From: Blastocatellia bacterium
GTDB lineage: Bacteria; Acidobacteriota; Blastocatellia; UBA7656
Assembly (NCBI GenBank): GCA_963765495.1
Contig: CAVXWP010000009.1
Span: 576,001 to 640,000, forward strand
DNA length: 64,000 bases
Reading direction: 5' to 3'
Part shown: one piece after another, positions 30,028 to 39,143 of the stretch
How positions within the stretch are numbered: the stretch's first letter is position 1
How the letters are laid out: every line of letters starts with the position of its first letter
Notes under the pieces: generated by a model
What the model was told of the DNA's origin: nothing
What the model saw: the letters and a program-made list of their open reading frames with translations, nothing else
The model's database searches: none
Translations under genes and position numbers: made by a program

Positions 30028-30822
30028 ATGAAGTCGTTACTGATCGTGGAGGACGAGAAACATCTTGCCGACGGATTGCGATTTAATCTCGAAGCCGAAG
30101 GGTATAGCGTAGACCTGGCCGAAGACGGCGAGGCGGCGCTCGAAGCGGTTATGCGCTCCCGCAAGACTTACGATGCGGTCGTGCTGGATGTGATGTTGCC
30201 CGGCATAGACGGATTCACCGTCGCCTCGGAGTTACGCAAGGCAAACCAGTTTGTACCCATCCTGATGCTGACGGCGCGGGGCCGCCCCGAAGATGTGCTT
30301 CGTGGATTTGAGAGCGGCGCGGACGATTATCTGACCAAACCCTTTGAGCTTGCGATATTGATAGCGCGTGTTCACGGTCTGATACGACGGCTCGAATGGT
30401 CGAGCAGAGAGCGCAAGCAGTCACAACCGGAACCTTCTTTATCCGAATATCGGTCGAAGGAAGCGGCATCTTCCAGCCCTTCGTCCGCGTCTGAAGATCA
30501 GGAATTTATCTTCGACGGAAAGACGATAGACTTCGATGCCCTCCAGATCAGAGTCGGCGAGCGGGTCGTGCAATTGACACTCATGGAAGCGGAGCTTTTG
30601 CGTTTTCTTACAAAGCGGACGGGTAAAGCCGTCTCGCGCAAATCCATGCTCGAAGAGGTGTGGGGGTTGCGCGAAGACACAGACACCCGCGCAATTGATA
30701 ATTTCATCGTCCGTCTGAGAAAGTACATCGAAGACGAGCCTTCAAATCCCCGTCACCTGCTGACGGTCAGAGGAGTCGGGTATCGCTTCGTTCCCTTTCC
30801 CGATTCGACAAACAACGTATGA
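30028..30822 (+). CDS. OmpR-family response regulator
   Basis: VEDE, LDVMLPG, LTKPF receiver; winged helix LTVRGVGY. Confidence 0.92.
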   Translation: MKSLLIVEDEKHLADGLRFNLEAEGYSVDLAEDGEAALEAVMRSRKTYDAVVLDVMLPGIDGFTVASELRKANQFVPILMLTARGRPEDVLRGFESGADDYLTKPFELAILIARVHGLIRRLEWSSRERKQSQPEPSLSEYRSKEAASSSPSSASEDQEFIFDGKTIDFDALQIRVGERVVQLTLMEAELLRFLTKRTGKAVSRKSMLEEVWGLREDTDTRAIDNFIVRLRKYIEDEPSNPRHLLTVRGVGYRFVPFPDSTNNV

Positions 30823-31187
30823 ATGAAAAGCTCGAAAAAACAGTCGAAACGCTCGGCGTAAACAGGATCAAACGCCACATCTTTTTGTGCTCGGATCAAA
30901 CCAAACCAAAATGCTCGGACAGAGTGTCGAGCCTTGAATCGTGGAATTATCTGAAGCGACGGCTCAAGGAACTGAATCTCGCGGAAGCGGGCGTCTATCG
31001 CACAAAGGCAAACTGCCTTCAGATATGTATGCAGGGGCCGATTGCGGTCGTCTACCCGGAGGGCACCTGGTATCACTCGTGCACGCCCGAGGTGATCGAG
31101 CGAATCGTTCAGGAACATTTGATCGAAGGCCGCCCGGTCAAAGATTATCTGATAACAGAACATCCCCTGCCCGACGCCTGCCGATAG
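30819..31187 (+). CDS. Thioredoxin-like [2Fe-2S] ferredoxin
   Basis: HIFLC...KC...[20 protein letters not shown]...IVQEHL.EGRPV. Confidence 0.85.
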   Translation: MNEKLEKTVETLGVNRIKRHIFLCSDQTKPKCSDRVSSLESWNYLKRRLKELNLAEAGVYRTKANCLQICMQGPIAVVYPEGTWYHSCTPEVIERIVQEHLIEGRPVKDYLITEHPLPDACR

Positions 31188-31194
31188 AGGGACG

Positions 31195-31313
31195 AGTGAT
31201 TCGTGATTCGTGAGATTTGTAATTATAGTAGCCTGTAGGGGCAGGGCTTGTCCCTGCCCGGATCGCCCGAAGGGCGATGAGTTTCTTGTGCGAAGCACGA
31301 ATCACGAATCACG
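31195..31313. repeat. CGTGATT / AATCACG heptamer arms enclosing a REP-like palindrome (31235-31280)
   Basis: GTAGGGGCAGGGCTTGTCCCTGCCCGGATCGCCCGAAGGGCGATGA is identical over 46 bp to the reverse complement of 1503-1548. Confidence 0.85.
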
Positions 31314-31357
31314 TTTCAAAATTTCCCTAATCCATCTCAAGCGGTTATCTTCATATT

Positions 31358-33280
31358 ATGAGCAGGGATTTTCGCTACGGGCGCAACACTAAATCTGACG
31401 AGGCTCCATCCTGGCGCGAACGCATCGCGGCGCTCCGTTATGTGCCGCCGCTAATCCGGCTTGTCTGGCAGACGCATGGCGGCTACACCATCGCGATGGC
31501 TGTGCTGCGGCTGGTTCGCTCGTTTGTGCCCGTGGCCACGCTCTGGATAGGAAAGCTGATCATTGACACGGTAGTCGCGATGCGCGAGTCTCAACCCGAT
31601 TTCCCGCGCCTGTGGCGGCTTGTGGCGCTCGAATTCGCAATCGTGCTTGCAGGTGAAGCTCTGGCTCGCGCCTCCGCGCTTGTCGAAAGTCTGTTGAGCG
31701 ATCTGTTTTCCAATCACACCTCAGTGCGGTTGATGAAGCACGCGGCCACGCTCGATCTTTATCATTTCGAAGACCCGAATTTTTACGACAAGCTCGAACG
31801 GGCGCGCAGGCAAACGACCGGGCGAATCGGATTGCTCGAACAATTGCTTGGCATGGCTCAGGACCTGCTGACGCTCGTCTCGCTCGGGGCCGCCTTATTT
31901 GTCTACAGCCCCTGGCTTCTGTTGCTGCTGGCCGTCGCCGTATTGCCGAGCTTTCTCGGAGAGACGCATTTCGCCTCGCTCGAATATTCGCTGCTCTACA
32001 GGTGGACCCCCGAACGGCGGCAACTCGATTACCTCAGATATATAGGCGCAAGCGATGTGACGGCCAAAGAGGTTCAGCTTTTTGGCCTCGCGCCGTGGCT
32101 TATCGAGCGTTACCGCGTGCTGGCAGATCGTTTTTATGAAGAGAACAAACGGCTCTCGATCCGAAAGAGCATCATCTCGACCGGGCTTTCAATGATAGGA
32201 AGCGCGGGCTACTACGGCGCTTACGTAGTGATCCTTGCGCGCACCGTGCTCGGGAGCATCAGCATAGGTTCGCTGACCTTTCTGGCAGGTTCGTTTTCCA
32301 GGAGCCGCGATCTGATACAGCGGTTGCTGCTCGGCGCAAGCGGCATCTATTATCAAAGCCTCTTCCTCAAAGACCTGTTCGAGTTTTTCGAGATGAGACC
32401 CTCCATCACATCCCCGACCGAGGCAAAGACTTTCCCCGTTCCCGTGCGCGAAGGCTTTCGATTTGAAGATGTGGGCTTTCGCTATCCCGGCAGCGATAAA
32501 TGGGCCGTGCGACACGTGAGTTTTCACCTGCGTCCCGGAGAGCGTATCGCATTCGTAGGCGAGAACGGCGCGGGCAAGACTACGCTCACAAAGTTGCTTG
32601 CCCGGCTCTATGACCCGACCGAGGGGCGTATATTGCTCGATGGAGTTGACCTGCGCGAGTACGATCTGGCATCGCTGCGCCGCAACGTAGGCGTTATCTT
32701 TCAGGACTTCGTTCGTTACGCGATGCGCTTTGATGAAAACATCGGTGTGGGCGAGATAGAAGAGGTGCAGTCATATCTGGACCTGAATAACAACGGAGCA
32801 ACCGTTGATAAAAGGAGCGCATCAGAGGCAGCGAAATTGGAAAGCAGTGAAGTTCCGGAACCTATAGAAGCAGCCGCCGAAAAATCGCTGGCTGCTTCTC
32901 TGTTGCCGCGATTGCCGGAAGGGTACAGGCAGATGCTCGGACGCCGATTCGAAGGCGGCATCGATCTGTCGGGCGGAGAATGGCAGAAGGTGGCGCTTGC
33001 CCGCGCTTACATGCGGGACGCCGAGGTGCTGATACTCGACGAGCCTACGGCGGCGCTCGATGCAAGAGCCGAGTATGAGGTCTTTGTAAGGTTTTCGGAA
33101 CTTGTCGCGGGGCGGATGGCCGTAATCATCTCGCACAGATTTTCGACCGTTCGCATGGCTGATCGCATAATCGTGCTGCACGACGGCAGCATTATCGAAG
33201 ACGGCTCGCACGACGAGCTTGTAAGGCGCGGCGGATTATATGCCGAATTATTTTCCTTACAGGCCGAAGGATACCGCTGA
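31358..33280 (+). CDS. ABC transporter, fused permease/ATP-binding protein
   Basis: TM domain; GENGAGKT, LSGGEWQ, ILDEPT, SHR. Confidence 0.92.
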   Translation: MSRDFRYGRNTKSDEAPSWRERIAALRYVPPLIRLVWQTHGGYTIAMAVLRLVRSFVPVATLWIGKLIIDTVVAMRESQPDFPRLWRLVALEFAIVLAGEALARASALVESLLSDLFSNHTSVRLMKHAATLDLYHFEDPNFYDKLERARRQTTGRIGLLEQLLGMAQDLLTLVSLGAALFVYSPWLLLLLAVAVLPSFLGETHFASLEYSLLYRWTPERRQLDYLRYIGASDVTAKEVQLFGLAPWLIERYRVLADRFYEENKRLSIRKSIISTGLSMIGSAGYYGAYVVILARTVLGSISIGSLTFLAGSFSRSRDLIQRLLLGASGIYYQSLFLKDLFEFFEMRPSITSPTEAKTFPVPVREGFRFEDVGFRYPGSDKWAVRHVSFHLRPGERIAFVGENGAGKTTLTKLLARLYDPTEGRILLDGVDLREYDLASLRRNVGVIFQDFVRYAMRFDENIGVGEIEEVQSYLDLNNNGATVDKRSASEAAKLESSEVPEPIEAAAEKSLAASLLPRLPEGYRQMLGRRFEGGIDLSGGEWQKVALARAYMRDAEVLILDEPTAALDARAEYEVFVRFSELVAGRMAVIISHRFSTVRMADRIIVLHDGSIIEDGSHDELVRRGGLYAELFSLQAEGYR

Positions 33281-33295
33281 TCGGATTTGAAGATT

Positions 33296-33688
33296 ATGAA
33301 GATAAAATTGCTGACGGCTTCTTATATTTTGCTGCTGGCGACGATCATTTATATGGCCGACCACATGAGGTATCAATCTCTATTCTCGATCATCAGGAGC
33401 GTGCCCGGCGCCGATAAGCTCGGCCATTTCCTCCTGATGGGATTGCTCTCTTTCCTTCTCAACGTAAGCCTCGGTTGCCGCTCAATCAGGATTGCCGGAA
33501 AGCTCTTTCTGCTTGGCAGCGTTATTGTGATTGCGCTGGTCACTCTGGAAGAGTTCTCGCAGCTATTTATCCGATACAGGACTTTTGATCTGATCGATCT
33601 GGCAGCCGATTACACTGGCATATGGATATTCGGGCGTCTGGCTCGCCAAGTGATTGAAGGGATGAGGGATGAAAAGGACTCTCAGTGA
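33296..33688 (+). CDS. VanZ-like membrane protein
   Basis: DKLGHF, EEFSQLFI..RTFDLIDLAAD. Confidence 0.75.
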   Translation: MKIKLLTASYILLLATIIYMADHMRYQSLFSIIRSVPGADKLGHFLLMGLLSFLLNVSLGCRSIRIAGKLFLLGSVIVIALVTLEEFSQLFIRYRTFDLIDLAADYTGIWIFGRLARQVIEGMRDEKDSQ

Positions 33689-33772
33689 TTATCTTGATAA
33701 CTGGCAAGCCGCTTTTCACCGAGTTGTTACGCTACAGTCCTTTTCATCCCTCATCCCTCATCCCTCATCCCT
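33658..33772. repeat. AGGGATG heptamer inverted tandem repeat
   Basis: AGGGATGAGGGATGAAAAGGACT ... AGTCCTTTTCATCCCTCATCCCTCATCCC; second copy at 54107-54233. Confidence 0.8.
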
Positions 33773-33773
33773 T

Positions 33774-36275
33774 TTAAGATATTCTGGCGATACGATGAGG
33801 CAATTTCGTGACCTGTCCACGCGATTTCACATTATCCTTTGAGCGATACATCTGCTTATCGGCATTCATCATTAATTCTTCAAAGCTCTGCCCATCGGCA
33901 GGAGCGGTCGCGGCCCCAATGCTGGCTGTCACAGATATTTGTTCATCTTCGGAGATTGTCAGAAAGGGTCGGTTTATCGCCGCTTGAAGCCGGTTGATCA
34001 CATAAAGAGCCTGCTGTTGATCGGTCATCGGCATCAGGGTTACGAATTCATCTCCGGCATAGCGCGCCACCACATCGCAATCGCGCAATTGATGGCGAAG
34101 CAGTTGAGCGAAGTCTTGCAGTACGCGGTCACCCACCACGTGCCCAAAGGTATCGTTGACGCGTTTGAAATCGTTGAGGTCAATCAAGAGAATCGAGAGC
34201 GGATGATTCGACCGATTCGCAGAGCTGATTTCCCGCTCGAAATGCAGCGCGAAGGCGCGCATATTCGGCAAGCCAGTGAGCGCATCGGTGAGCGCCGTCT
34301 GCTGGGTATTTTCAAAGAGCACGGCATTATGCAGCGCGTCAGATACGGGTTGCATAATCATTTCGAGCAATCGCAGATGCTCATCCGTGTACTGCGGCGT
34401 ATCGACAGAATAAAGCGCCACGGCTCCAAGCGATTCGCCATCCTTTATTACCGGAAAGACCGCCACTCCCTTAAATCGTTCGGCCGTCTCCACGCCCAGA
34501 AACGTAAGGTCCAGCATCGGGCTTGTATTGTAGAGAGGACGGTGATTGGCTATGACCCACCCGGTCACCCCTTCGCCTACGCCAATCTCGCGTTCCCGAA
34601 ACATCTCCATACACAGGCCGCTCGCATACTTGGCTCGAATCCGGGTCTTGCCCGCATCCAGCAGATAAATCACGCAGGTCGAATAAGGCACGAGATTGGC
34701 AATGCGGCTGGTGATTATCGCAAACGCATCCTGTAAGCTGAGCGTGCTGCTCAATACCCGGGCTATGTCGTGCAGCGTAGCCACTTCCTGATGAGCGGCG
34801 GCGATCCGGCTCAACGCGACTTCGCTCAGGGGTCTCTGTTCTTCCGCGTATCCGGCGGCCGGTACCGAATTGTTCCCGGCAAGGGCCGAAGACGGCGAAG
34901 ACGAATCAGGCTCCATCACGGCGGCCTGCTCTATTTCAGCATCAAGGCTTTTGAGGCTCTCAAGAAAAATCCTGACCAGCGAAGGATCGAAAAACGACCC
35001 GCTCAGTTTTTCAATCCGGGATATGACCTCGGCGCGGGTCAGCGCCCTGCGATACGGGCGATCCGAATGCAGCGCGTCGAAATGATCTACGAGCGCCAGA
35101 ATCCTCGCCCCGAGCGGTATCTGCTCTCCGCGCAGACCGTCGGGATACCCTGCGCCATCCCATCGCTCGTGATGGGCGCGAACATAGGCCGCGACAGGAA
35201 AATCGAATTTCACGTTCGATAATATCTCTCCCCCGATCACCGTGTGGGTCTTCATCTTTTCGAATTCGTAGGGGGTCAGCTTCCCGGGTTTGTTCAAAAT
35301 GTAGTCGGGCACGCCGAGCTTTCCAATGTCGTGAAGAAGCGAAGCGGCTTCGAGCGCCTGCAACTGTTTCCCGCCCATCCCCATCAACTCGCCCAGCCGC
35401 CGGGCATAAATCTGAACGCGGCGTATGTGCTTGTGCGTTGTCTGATCCTTTGCGTCAATGGCCATCGCGAGCGCCTCAAGCGTAGAGCGGTGCAGTTCAT
35501 TGACCTGATCGAGATGGCGGCGCTCTTCTTCCAGTTTCGCGTGATAGGTCTTGAATGTGTAGTAGATTATCAGCGGCATCGGAAGGGCCAGCACAAGGAC
35601 AAGCAGCGCAGCCTCTAACGAGTATTTTGAGAGCGCGTAGCCGGTCATCCCCGCAGCCGTCGCGCCTGCCAGATAGGTGACGGGTATCCAGGGGAAAGTC
35701 TCTTTCAATGTGGATATAAAACCGGCTGTGCCTACGGCCTTCGAGAATATCGCCGTCAGGCTGATATTGACCGCGTAATGCGTGAGAGCCAGGACCGTCA
35801 AAGGAAATACCAGCAACTCTAAGGAGCGCTGCTCGCCGCCCAGAATCGTATTGCTTTGCAGGTAGCTTTGAACAATCTGATACATGCGGGCCGAGGCAAA
35901 GGCGGAAAGCGCCAGGATCGAGGCATTGATAGCTACATAGATTCGCAGCTTGGCAAGCTTTCGCGCTTCAAAGCCATCGAGCGTGCCAAGCAGGAATGCC
36001 TGATAAGGGCCGAGTATGATCGCAGCCAGGAAAATAACCGACTCCGAAACCGACACCATGGTCTTGGTCGTTCCGGGCAGCCGTATAGGATGAGAGCCCG
36101 TCCACACGGCTACGACGACCGCAAGCCCAAAAAGCAATGCCTGGTCGCGCGCCGATGTGTGTAAGATGTGGTTGAACGACTCAATCAGAATTCCAACGGC
36201 CAGTGTAATCAGGGCAAAACATAACAATCTGGCCTTTAGATTCAAATCGCGCAGTTCCTGCACCAGGCGATTCAT
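33774..36275 (-). CDS. Multi-TM sensor + HD-GYP + GAF + GGDEF c-di-GMP enzyme
   Basis: About 6-7 N-terminal hydrophobic segments; LLHDIGK and HHERWDGAGYPDGL; GAF (GVGEGVTGWV); DALTGLPN, RDCD I-site, RYAGDEF; RBS GGAGG. Confidence 0.9.
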   Translation of the reverse strand: MNRLVQELRDLNLKARLLCFALITLAVGILIESFNHILHTSARDQALLFGLAVVVAVWTGSHPIRLPGTTKTMVSVSESVIFLAAIILGPYQAFLLGTLDGFEARKLAKLRIYVAINASILALSAFASARMYQIVQSYLQSNTILGGEQRSLELLVFPLTVLALTHYAVNISLTAIFSKAVGTAGFISTLKETFPWIPVTYLAGATAAGMTGYALSKYSLEAALLVLVLALPMPLIIYYTFKTYHAKLEEERRHLDQVNELHRSTLEALAMAIDAKDQTTHKHIRRVQIYARRLGELMGMGGKQLQALEAASLLHDIGKLGVPDYILNKPGKLTPYEFEKMKTHTVIGGEILSNVKFDFPVAAYVRAHHERWDGAGYPDGLRGEQIPLGARILALVDHFDALHSDRPYRRALTRAEVISRIEKLSGSFFDPSLVRIFLESLKSLDAEIEQAAVMEPDSSSPSSALAGNNSVPAAGYAEEQRPLSEVALSRIAAAHQEVATLHDIARVLSSTLSLQDAFAIITSRIANLVPYSTCVIYLLDAGKTRIRAKYASGLCMEMFREREIGVGEGVTGWVIANHRPLYNTSPMLDLTFLGVETAERFKGVAVFPVIKDGESLGAVALYSVDTPQYTDEHLRLLEMIMQPVSDALHNAVLFENTQQTALTDALTGLPNMRAFALHFEREISSANRSNHPLSILLIDLNDFKRVNDTFGHVVGDRVLQDFAQLLRHQLRDCDVVARYAGDEFVTLMPMTDQQQALYVINRLQAAINRPFLTISEDEQISVTASIGAATAPADGQSFEELMMNADKQMYRSKDNVKSRGQVTKLPHRIARIS

Positions 36276-36329
36276 ATATTGCCTCCATCCGCTCGATAGA
36301 AGGGGTTATTGGCTAAATCGAAATGCACA

Positions 36330-36491
36330 AGATTGGTACAAACGAAACTCCAAAGTAGGGTGAGTAGAAATAGACCACGGATTTACGCGGATGCGGCGGA
36401 TTTACGCGGATCAGTCCCTATTTGATCTAATCCGCGCTAATCCGCCGCCTATTTCAATTTGCCTTTCATTCAAATTCATTTGTACCAATCT
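36330..36491. repeat. CGGAT array enclosed by a 13-bp inverted repeat
   Basis: AGATTGGTACAAA (36330-36342) / TTTGTACCAATCT (36479-36491) around CCACGGATTTACGCGGATGCGGCGGATTTACGCGGAT. Confidence 0.7.
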
Positions 36492-36504
36492 CTTGCGGAA
36501 TGAT

Positions 36505-38592
36505 TTAAAGCCGGGGCCTTGGATAAAGGGCGTGTGACGAGTTGGGCACGACCGAGGCCGATACACCTGAGAACCCTTCACCCAGGGTCAATACACCAGC
36601 AGCCATTCCCACAGACGAACTCTGATCCAGCAATTTCGCCGACCAGACCGCCTCGTCGGCCCACTGACTGCTCGCCCGTAATTGATCGAGAACCAGAGAA
36701 TCCGAAACGCTCCCCGCAATCATCACTCCGCCTGCGATCATCACTCCGCCTGCGATCATCACTCCGCCTGCGATCATCACCCCGCTGGCGAGCATGTTTC
36801 TGTTCGCAAGAATCATACCAACATATGGCACCAGGCGCAGCCCTATGATCAGGTAGTTTGTATCGAGAACATAAAACAACCCAGCCGAACGGTGCAGGAA
36901 TACTATGCCGTCCGAATATATGCAATCCCCCCAACTCACGGTCTCGCCCGCTATGGCGCTCTGAAATTCAAACTGCGAATTGACCGGGCCTATGAGGTTC
37001 CTGCCGGAGAGCAGAACCTGAGACCCCCAGATTCTTGCAGGTGTAGATGCGATCTGACTCGCCACTCGAAGAGCCCCCTCCGCATTCAACAGCCCCGCGC
37101 CTTCGCTCACGAGCGCGAGCGTGAACGGCTCAGGGGCAAGCGAAGCGAGTCGCTGCGCCGAAAAGCGGAGCACGGCTTTGACCGTTCGTGGAGTAAGCGA
37201 TGGATTGGCTTGCAGCATGAGCGCGACCACGCCTGAGACTGCGGGCGCGGCGACCGAGGTTCCGCTCATTCTGAAATAGACCGCCCGCCCGCTTTCCGAA
37301 TAGACGACCGCTTCGGGATGATCGCGCACAAGCGCAGAATCGGGGGCGCACGTCGCTACGATGTAATTGGCGGGCGCGAGGAGGTCAGGCTTTGCAAACC
37401 CGTCAACGAGCGTGGGGCCGCGCGAGCTATAACTTGCCACCACATCATCGGATCGGACATCGGACCCCTGAGTTGCGGCAGCGCCGACGGTTATAACATT
37501 GGGTGAGTTGGCGGGCGAAAGTATCGAACCATACAGTGTATTGCCCGCATTGTCTTTGCCGAAATTCCCCGCCGCTACGACCACGACAACGCCCGAGGAG
37601 ACCGCGGCTTCGGCGGCCTGACACAAGGGATCGTTTGCGTAAGAATCGGTTACGAGAGTACCTACAGAGAGGTTCGCAACGCGGATGTTATATGCCTGCC
37701 GGTTGGCGACTACCCATCCGAGGGCCATTATCGAATCGCTGACGCGGCCCGTGCCGTCGCCCTTGATCACTCGCAGGTCGAGCAGGTTGGCGTTGAAGGC
37801 CATGCCGGGATAGGCCGCGCCCGCACCCGTCATCCGCATGGAATCGACTCCGGTCCCGGCTGCCACACCGGCAACGTGAGTCCCGTGGCCGTAAGGGTCA
37901 TACCCGTTTTGCAATTGCTCCGGGGTCAACTGCTCGTCGGATACGAAATTTCTGCGGTATGTGATGCGGCTGGCGCTCGGATTGGTCAGGGATCGCAAGT
38001 CGTTGTGAATAGAATCTCCGCTAAAGATTCCGCTGTCGAGCACGGCGATACTTATGCCTGAGCCATTGACGCCCGCCCCTTGAATGTACCCGGTCTGCTG
38101 GATCACGGGCGAGCCTCCACTCAACCCGTTCGTGCCTATCACCTGCGAGGCTCCCGATGTGGTGATAAAATGAAGAGGGCCGCCCGTCTGCGCCTCGGTG
38201 GTAAAGGTAACCGAATCGGGCGACATATAGAGCGCGCTATTGCTTTCAGCGACAGGGGCCAGTGAATTGGCAGGGACCTCTGCCACCACCGCATCAATCA
38301 AGTCAAGATAGCCAAGCGGGCTGCCGCCCCGGGCGACGATCTCGTTTTGCAGGTCGTTTATCATGCCCTTTTGAGCGCGAACTATAACGCGAACCGGTTT
38401 GTCGTCCTTAGAGGGGTTGCGCGCAAGGCTGACAAGTTCAGGCGAAAGGCGGGAAGCATAGCCAGGGCCGCCGCTCTCCCTTTGCACATACGCGGACGAG
38501 GGTCGGGCAAAAGTGAGATTGAGCAGCGAAAAAAGGACCAGACACATCGAGAGAAGCCGTAAGCGGTTTCTAAAAGTTTGGCGGTTAATCAT
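36505..38592 (-). CDS. Secreted S8 (subtilisin-like) serine peptidase with C-terminal GVMIAG tandem repeats
   Basis: Signal peptide, prodomain; triad VLDSG / HGTHVAG / SGTSVAAP, oxyanion AAGN; (GVMIAG)x4; RBS GGAGG. Confidence 0.92.
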   Translation of the reverse strand: MINRQTFRNRLRLLSMCLVLFSLLNLTFARPSSAYVQRESGGPGYASRLSPELVSLARNPSKDDKPVRVIVRAQKGMINDLQNEIVARGGSPLGYLDLIDAVVAEVPANSLAPVAESNSALYMSPDSVTFTTEAQTGGPLHFITTSGASQVIGTNGLSGGSPVIQQTGYIQGAGVNGSGISIAVLDSGIFSGDSIHNDLRSLTNPSASRITYRRNFVSDEQLTPEQLQNGYDPYGHGTHVAGVAAGTGVDSMRMTGAGAAYPGMAFNANLLDLRVIKGDGTGRVSDSIMALGWVVANRQAYNIRVANLSVGTLVTDSYANDPLCQAAEAAVSSGVVVVVAAGNFGKDNAGNTLYGSILSPANSPNVITVGAAATQGSDVRSDDVVASYSSRGPTLVDGFAKPDLLAPANYIVATCAPDSALVRDHPEAVVYSESGRAVYFRMSGTSVAAPAVSGVVALMLQANPSLTPRTVKAVLRFSAQRLASLAPEPFTLALVSEGAGLLNAEGALRVASQIASTPARIWGSQVLLSGRNLIGPVNSQFEFQSAIAGETVSWGDCIYSDGIVFLHRSAGLFYVLDTNYLIIGLRLVPYVGMILANRNMLASGVMIAGGVMIAGGVMIAGGVMIAGSVSDSLVLDQLRASSQWADEAVWSAKLLDQSSSVGMAAGVLTLGEGFSGVSASVVPNSSHALYPRPRL
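36714..36785 (-). repeat. 18-bp coding tandem repeat, about 4 units, encoding GVMIAG
   Basis: GCGATCATCACTCCGCCT units on the + strand. Confidence 0.9.
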
Positions 38593-38719
38593 GGTTTCCT
38601 CCGATCAAGAAAACTTCTGGTCCGTGAGGTGAACGAAAGCTTCCCTAAACAAAAAGGATTCAACACCAATAGGCATGAAGTGAAGATGGTCCTGGCGGAG
38701 GTAAGGCGTAAACTGTGAC

Positions 38720-38818
38720 CTTCACTTCGGCAGTCGGGCCGCCTATTTGAATTCTCAAGGAGGCTCCGGCTTTGCGCCCATATCTTCTTAATCGAAGCGG
38801 TTGCCTTTATCGGTGAAG
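38720..38818 (-). ncRNA. Cyclic di-GMP-I (GEMM-I) riboswitch, predicted
   Basis: Minus strand CTTCACCGATAAAGGCAACC...GGGCGCAAAGCCGGAGCCT...AGGCGGCCCGACTGCCGAAGTGAAG has the GGCAA / GGGCGCAAAGCC / GGCGGC..GACTGCCGA hallmarks and P1 pairing; about 130 nt upstream of the S8 gene in a c-di-GMP enzyme locus; P2 loop atypical. Confidence 0.75.
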
Positions 38819-39006
38819 TAAATCCGTAAACATTCCCGGAAAAGATCATACTCTGCGGCTATCTGGTAAAGCCAAAAACGATAGCCGGATGGATTCTACG
38901 CCCGCGCCCTCGAAAGTGTCAAGATTTTTCAAGAAATTAAAGTAAGATCGCATACACCCCGAAATGGAATCATTCAGTTTTCCAAAATGTAAGATAGGGG
39001 AATAGA

Positions 39007-39107
39007 AATAGGCTGCGGATCGGACGTATCGGACGGATTTTCACGGACTAGCTTATATAGTGTCTGACCCGTGTTTATCCGTCCGATCCGCGTAATCCGT
39101 GGCCTGC
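39007..39107. repeat. CGGAT 9-mer inverted tandem repeat
   Basis: AATAGGCTGCGGATCGGACGTATCGGACGGATTTTCACGGA ... CCGTGTTTATCCGTCCGATCCGCGTAATCCGTGGCCT. Confidence 0.75.
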
Positions 39108-39143
39108 TATAACGGTTTGCGATTGCGTTTAGCTGTATAGGGA

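Noticed and set aside
36714-36785. Possible CRISPR array
   Set aside because: Contiguous 18-bp units with no spacers, in frame within a CDS; no cas genes in the window
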